A program made the translations under genes and the position numbers. Of a DNA stretch of 48,589 nucleotides, positions 46,247 through 48,589 are shown piece after piece. Source of the stretch: Patescibacteria group bacterium (GTDB lineage Bacteria > Patescibacteriota > Minisyncoccia > Minisyncoccales > PEYH01). The DNA is taken from NCBI GenBank assembly GCA_018817645.1, contig JAHITK010000006.1:1-48589 (forward strand), written 5' to 3'. The notes beneath the pieces are model-generated. The model was not told the origin of the DNA, made no database searches, and saw only the letters and a list, made by a program, of their open reading frames with translations. The stretch's first letter is position 1; each line of letters begins with the position of its first letter.

Positions 46247-47470
46247 TCAGGGGATAAAAACCCTGAAAAGCTTTTTAATTTTCGAACCAAATCCATTGCT
46301 AAAGAAAGAATTATCTCCTCCCCCTTCTCCCAATCCGCTTAATATCAGCCCGCATAAAACACTGTAACTAAGATTTTCTTCCAAGCCGAAGAAATTTTTG
46401 ATAACGCCCTTCCGCACCGGCAATTCCAATTCGCTTTTCGCGAAATTAACGATTCCCGGCAATTTAGCGCCGCCGCCGGCCAAAATCACGCCAGCCGGAA
46501 GCGCCTTTTGTTTGCCTATCTTTTTCAATTCTTTGTTTATTAAATCAAAAATTTCTGTCACTCTGGCCCGACCGGCTTTAATCATTTTTTTAGTATCAAA
46601 AACAAACTCTTCCTCTTTATTTATGCTGATTTTCTCCTTTTTCGTCTTATTTTGGAAAATATATGAACCAAACTTGCTCTTAATCTCTTCGGCGACGTTT
46701 ATATCCGCCTGCAGGGCAATCGCTATATCCCGGGTAATATGAGCGGACCCGACCGGCAAAACAGCCAAATGAATCAGGTTTCTATCCTCAAACACCGCCA
46801 ATCCCGTTGTCTCGGCTCCAATATCTATAAGGGCTGTGCCTAACTCCTTCTGCTGGGGAGTCAAAAGCGCCCTGGCAGACGCCAAAGGAGAGGGAATAAC
46901 TTCAGCGATTCTCTCGACTCCGGCTGCCATTACGGCCTCAACGAGCTTATTCAAATAGGGGGAGAAGGCGCACACTGCCAAAGCATTTACTTCCAGCTTG
47001 ATTCCTTTCATCCCGACAACATCTTTAAGTCCGGCTTCGCTGTCCACGATAAACTCCTTGGGAAAAGTGTCCAGAATCTCCTGATTGGAAGTGAGATTGG
47101 CCAGAATATTTGTTTTCGCCTCTTCCGTCACCCTATCCATATCGTCTGGCGAAACCCTTTGGTCCGCTCTGGAAATTGCCACTGCGCCATGCCCGTGTTC
47201 GGAGATAATATGAGCGCCTCCGATATTAATAAAAACATCTTTGATGCGATGGGGCCTGACCTCGTTATTGAGTTTCGTTAAAACATGATTGATTTTGTCA
47301 GAAACCACATCAGCGTCTATCACCACTCCTCTTTTCATGCCGTCGGACAGCACGCTCGCAATCGAAAGCACCGCCACCTTTTCCCCCTCTCTTTTTCTCT
47401 GGGCAACCATTCCTTTGATATACCCAGAACCAATGTCAAGCGCGCTTACTATGTTATGAGTCCGAGCCAT
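46247..47470 (-). CDS. ftsA: Cell division protein FtsA
   Basis: LDIGS, IDIGAETT, GSAHITRDIA, ILAGGGAKLPG; upstream of ftsZ. Confidence 0.95.
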   Translation of the reverse strand: MARTHNIVSALDIGSGYIKGMVAQRKREGEKVAVLSIASVLSDGMKRGVVIDADVVSDKINHVLTKLNNEVRPHRIKDVFINIGGAHIISEHGHGAVAISRADQRVSPDDMDRVTEEAKTNILANLTSNQEILDTFPKEFIVDSEAGLKDVVGMKGIKLEVNALAVCAFSPYLNKLVEAVMAAGVERIAEVIPSPLASARALLTPQQKELGTALIDIGAETTGLAVFEDRNLIHLAVLPVGSAHITRDIAIALQADINVAEEIKSKFGSYIFQNKTKKEKISINKEEEFVFDTKKMIKAGRARVTEIFDLINKELKKIGKQKALPAGVILAGGGAKLPGIVNFAKSELELPVRKGVIKNFFGLEENLSYSVLCGLILSGLGEGGGDNSFFSNGFGSKIKKLFRVFIP

Positions 47471-47474
47471 GTTG

Positions 47475-47891
47475 TTATTTTTTAAAAAAAGTTAAATATT
47501 CTTGCTCTTTGGCCTGCATAATTTTTGCCTCTTTTTGGTCTTTATGGTCATAGCCCAAAAGATGCAAAAGGCCGTGGATGAAAATATGCGGCAAACCGGT
47601 TTTTTTATCAAAACGGATTTCCGAAGGGCAAATTATTATTTCTCCCAAGCTCCTTGGCAGACCGGCCAGTTCCTCCGGATAATTGTCGCTCGCAAAAGAC
47701 AACACATCTGTGGACTCATCTTTCCCCCGATAAATGCGGTTTAATTCCGCCATCCTGGCTTTATTTGCAAAAACCACAGAAACATTCCATTCCTCTGCCG
47801 GTCTTTCTGTTTTCAAAACCTTTTCTCCTATTCTTCTTAATAACCTTTTATCTATGATAGAAGATTTGGTAAGGTTATTAATTTCAATCAT
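47475..47891 (-). CDS. ybeY: rRNA maturation endoribonuclease YbeY
   Basis: LNRIYRGKDESTDVLSF, LGEIII, HGLLHLLGYDH. Confidence 0.95.
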   Translation of the reverse strand: MIEINNLTKSSIIDKRLLRRIGEKVLKTERPAEEWNVSVVFANKARMAELNRIYRGKDESTDVLSFASDNYPEELAGLPRSLGEIIICPSEIRFDKKTGLPHIFIHGLLHLLGYDHKDQKEAKIMQAKEQEYLTFFKK

Positions 47892-47900
47892 ATAATAGAA

Positions 47901-48392
47901 CTATTTGGTCAATAACTCTTTCACCATCGCGCTCACAATTGCCCCGTCTGCCCGGCCCTGGATTTTCGGCATCAAAACACTCATTATTTTGCCCATATCT
48001 TTCAGCGACTCCGCTTTAACTTCCTTTATCGCTTCTTCGGCTAATCTCCTGATTTCCTCTGCCGGCATCTGTTCAGGCAAATATTGATTCAGAATTTCCA
48101 TTTCTTGTTTTTCCTTATCAGCTGACTCCGGCCTCCCGCCGGCCTCAAATTGCTCAATCGCTTCTTTGGACTTTTTGACCAAAGAAGAAATCACTGGAAG
48201 AACTTCCTGGTCTGTAAGCCGGCTCTTTTCAATAAGTTCCGCTTCGTCTTTGGCCTCTTTTAGCCCGGCTCTTTTTTCTTTCTCCTTTTTGATAATGCCG
48301 TCTAAAAGAAGGCGCAGGATAGAAAGCTTCCTCTCTTGCTTGTTCTTGAGAGATTCCTGCAAGTCCTTTTGAACTTTTTCTCTTAAGTCCAT
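47901..48392 (-). CDS. yqeY: GatB/YqeY domain protein
   Basis: EAIEQFEAGGR, YLPEQM, KDMGKIM, GRADG. Confidence 0.9.
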   Translation of the reverse strand: MDLREKVQKDLQESLKNKQERKLSILRLLLDGIIKKEKEKRAGLKEAKDEAELIEKSRLTDQEVLPVISSLVKKSKEAIEQFEAGGRPESADKEKQEMEILNQYLPEQMPAEEIRRLAEEAIKEVKAESLKDMGKIMSVLMPKIQGRADGAIVSAMVKELLTK

Positions 48393-48395
48393 AAG

Positions 48396-48589
48396 ATAAG
48401 AACCCGCCTCGCTAACGCTCGGCAGAACCTTGAAATTGAATTTGTCATATATTTAAATTAACGTAATTCAATTATAAGAACCTTTCGCTTCGCTCAAGAA
48501 CGCTTGAAATTAAAATCATCATATATAATTTTTTAAGGTAATTTAATTATAAGAACCTTTCGCTTCGCTCAAGAACGCTTGAAATTAAA
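48396..48589. repeat. About 75-bp tandem units with a 45-bp conserved core (truncated by the window edge)
   Basis: aattataagaacctttcgcttcgctcaagaacgcttgaaattaaa at 48470 and 48545; degenerate copy at 48396. Confidence 0.8.

Noticed and set aside
1-48589. Alternative genetic code (TGA read as Gly or Trp)
   Set aside because: Conserved genes are full length under code 11, and several end at TGA at the expected position.

Overview
Chromosomal window from what looks like a Patescibacteria/CPR (Parcubacteria-like) bacterium using the standard code. The lineage is inferred from gene content: large peptidoglycan-binding and lamin-tail surface proteins, four-helix-bundle proteins, MBL-less ComEC and class III RNR. 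Almost all genes are on the minus strand. In order, the window holds: a repeat-rich secreted fibre protein (runs off the left edge), an S-layer-like protein and a neighbouring O-antigen-ligase/TPR membrane protein, an ECF sigma/anti-sigma pair, a 1946-aa lamin-tail surface protein, a RAYT-like Y1 transposase, a lipid-scavenging cluster (hydrolase, plsY, split fakA, degV/fakB), clpB, htrA, dgkA, glycoside hydrolases, comEC, nrdG, an intein-containing nrdD, a GT4 enzyme, a RelE-type toxin-antitoxin pair, ftsZ/ftsA, ybeY and yqeY. The most interesting signals are non-coding or unannotated. (i) Two paralogous, promoter-driven, ~250-300 nt structured RNAs share collinear motifs and possible double long-range pairing (12.1-12.4 kb and 13.2-13.5 kb). 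(ii) Seven REP doublets, two of them flanking the RAYT, each follow a DnaA-box-like motif, and further palindrome families share the same 10-3-10 geometry. (iii) Two 28-aa basic microproteins, missed by the ORF track, differ only synonymously over their first 20 codons and bracket the TA cassette. All calls are by eye; no searches were run.
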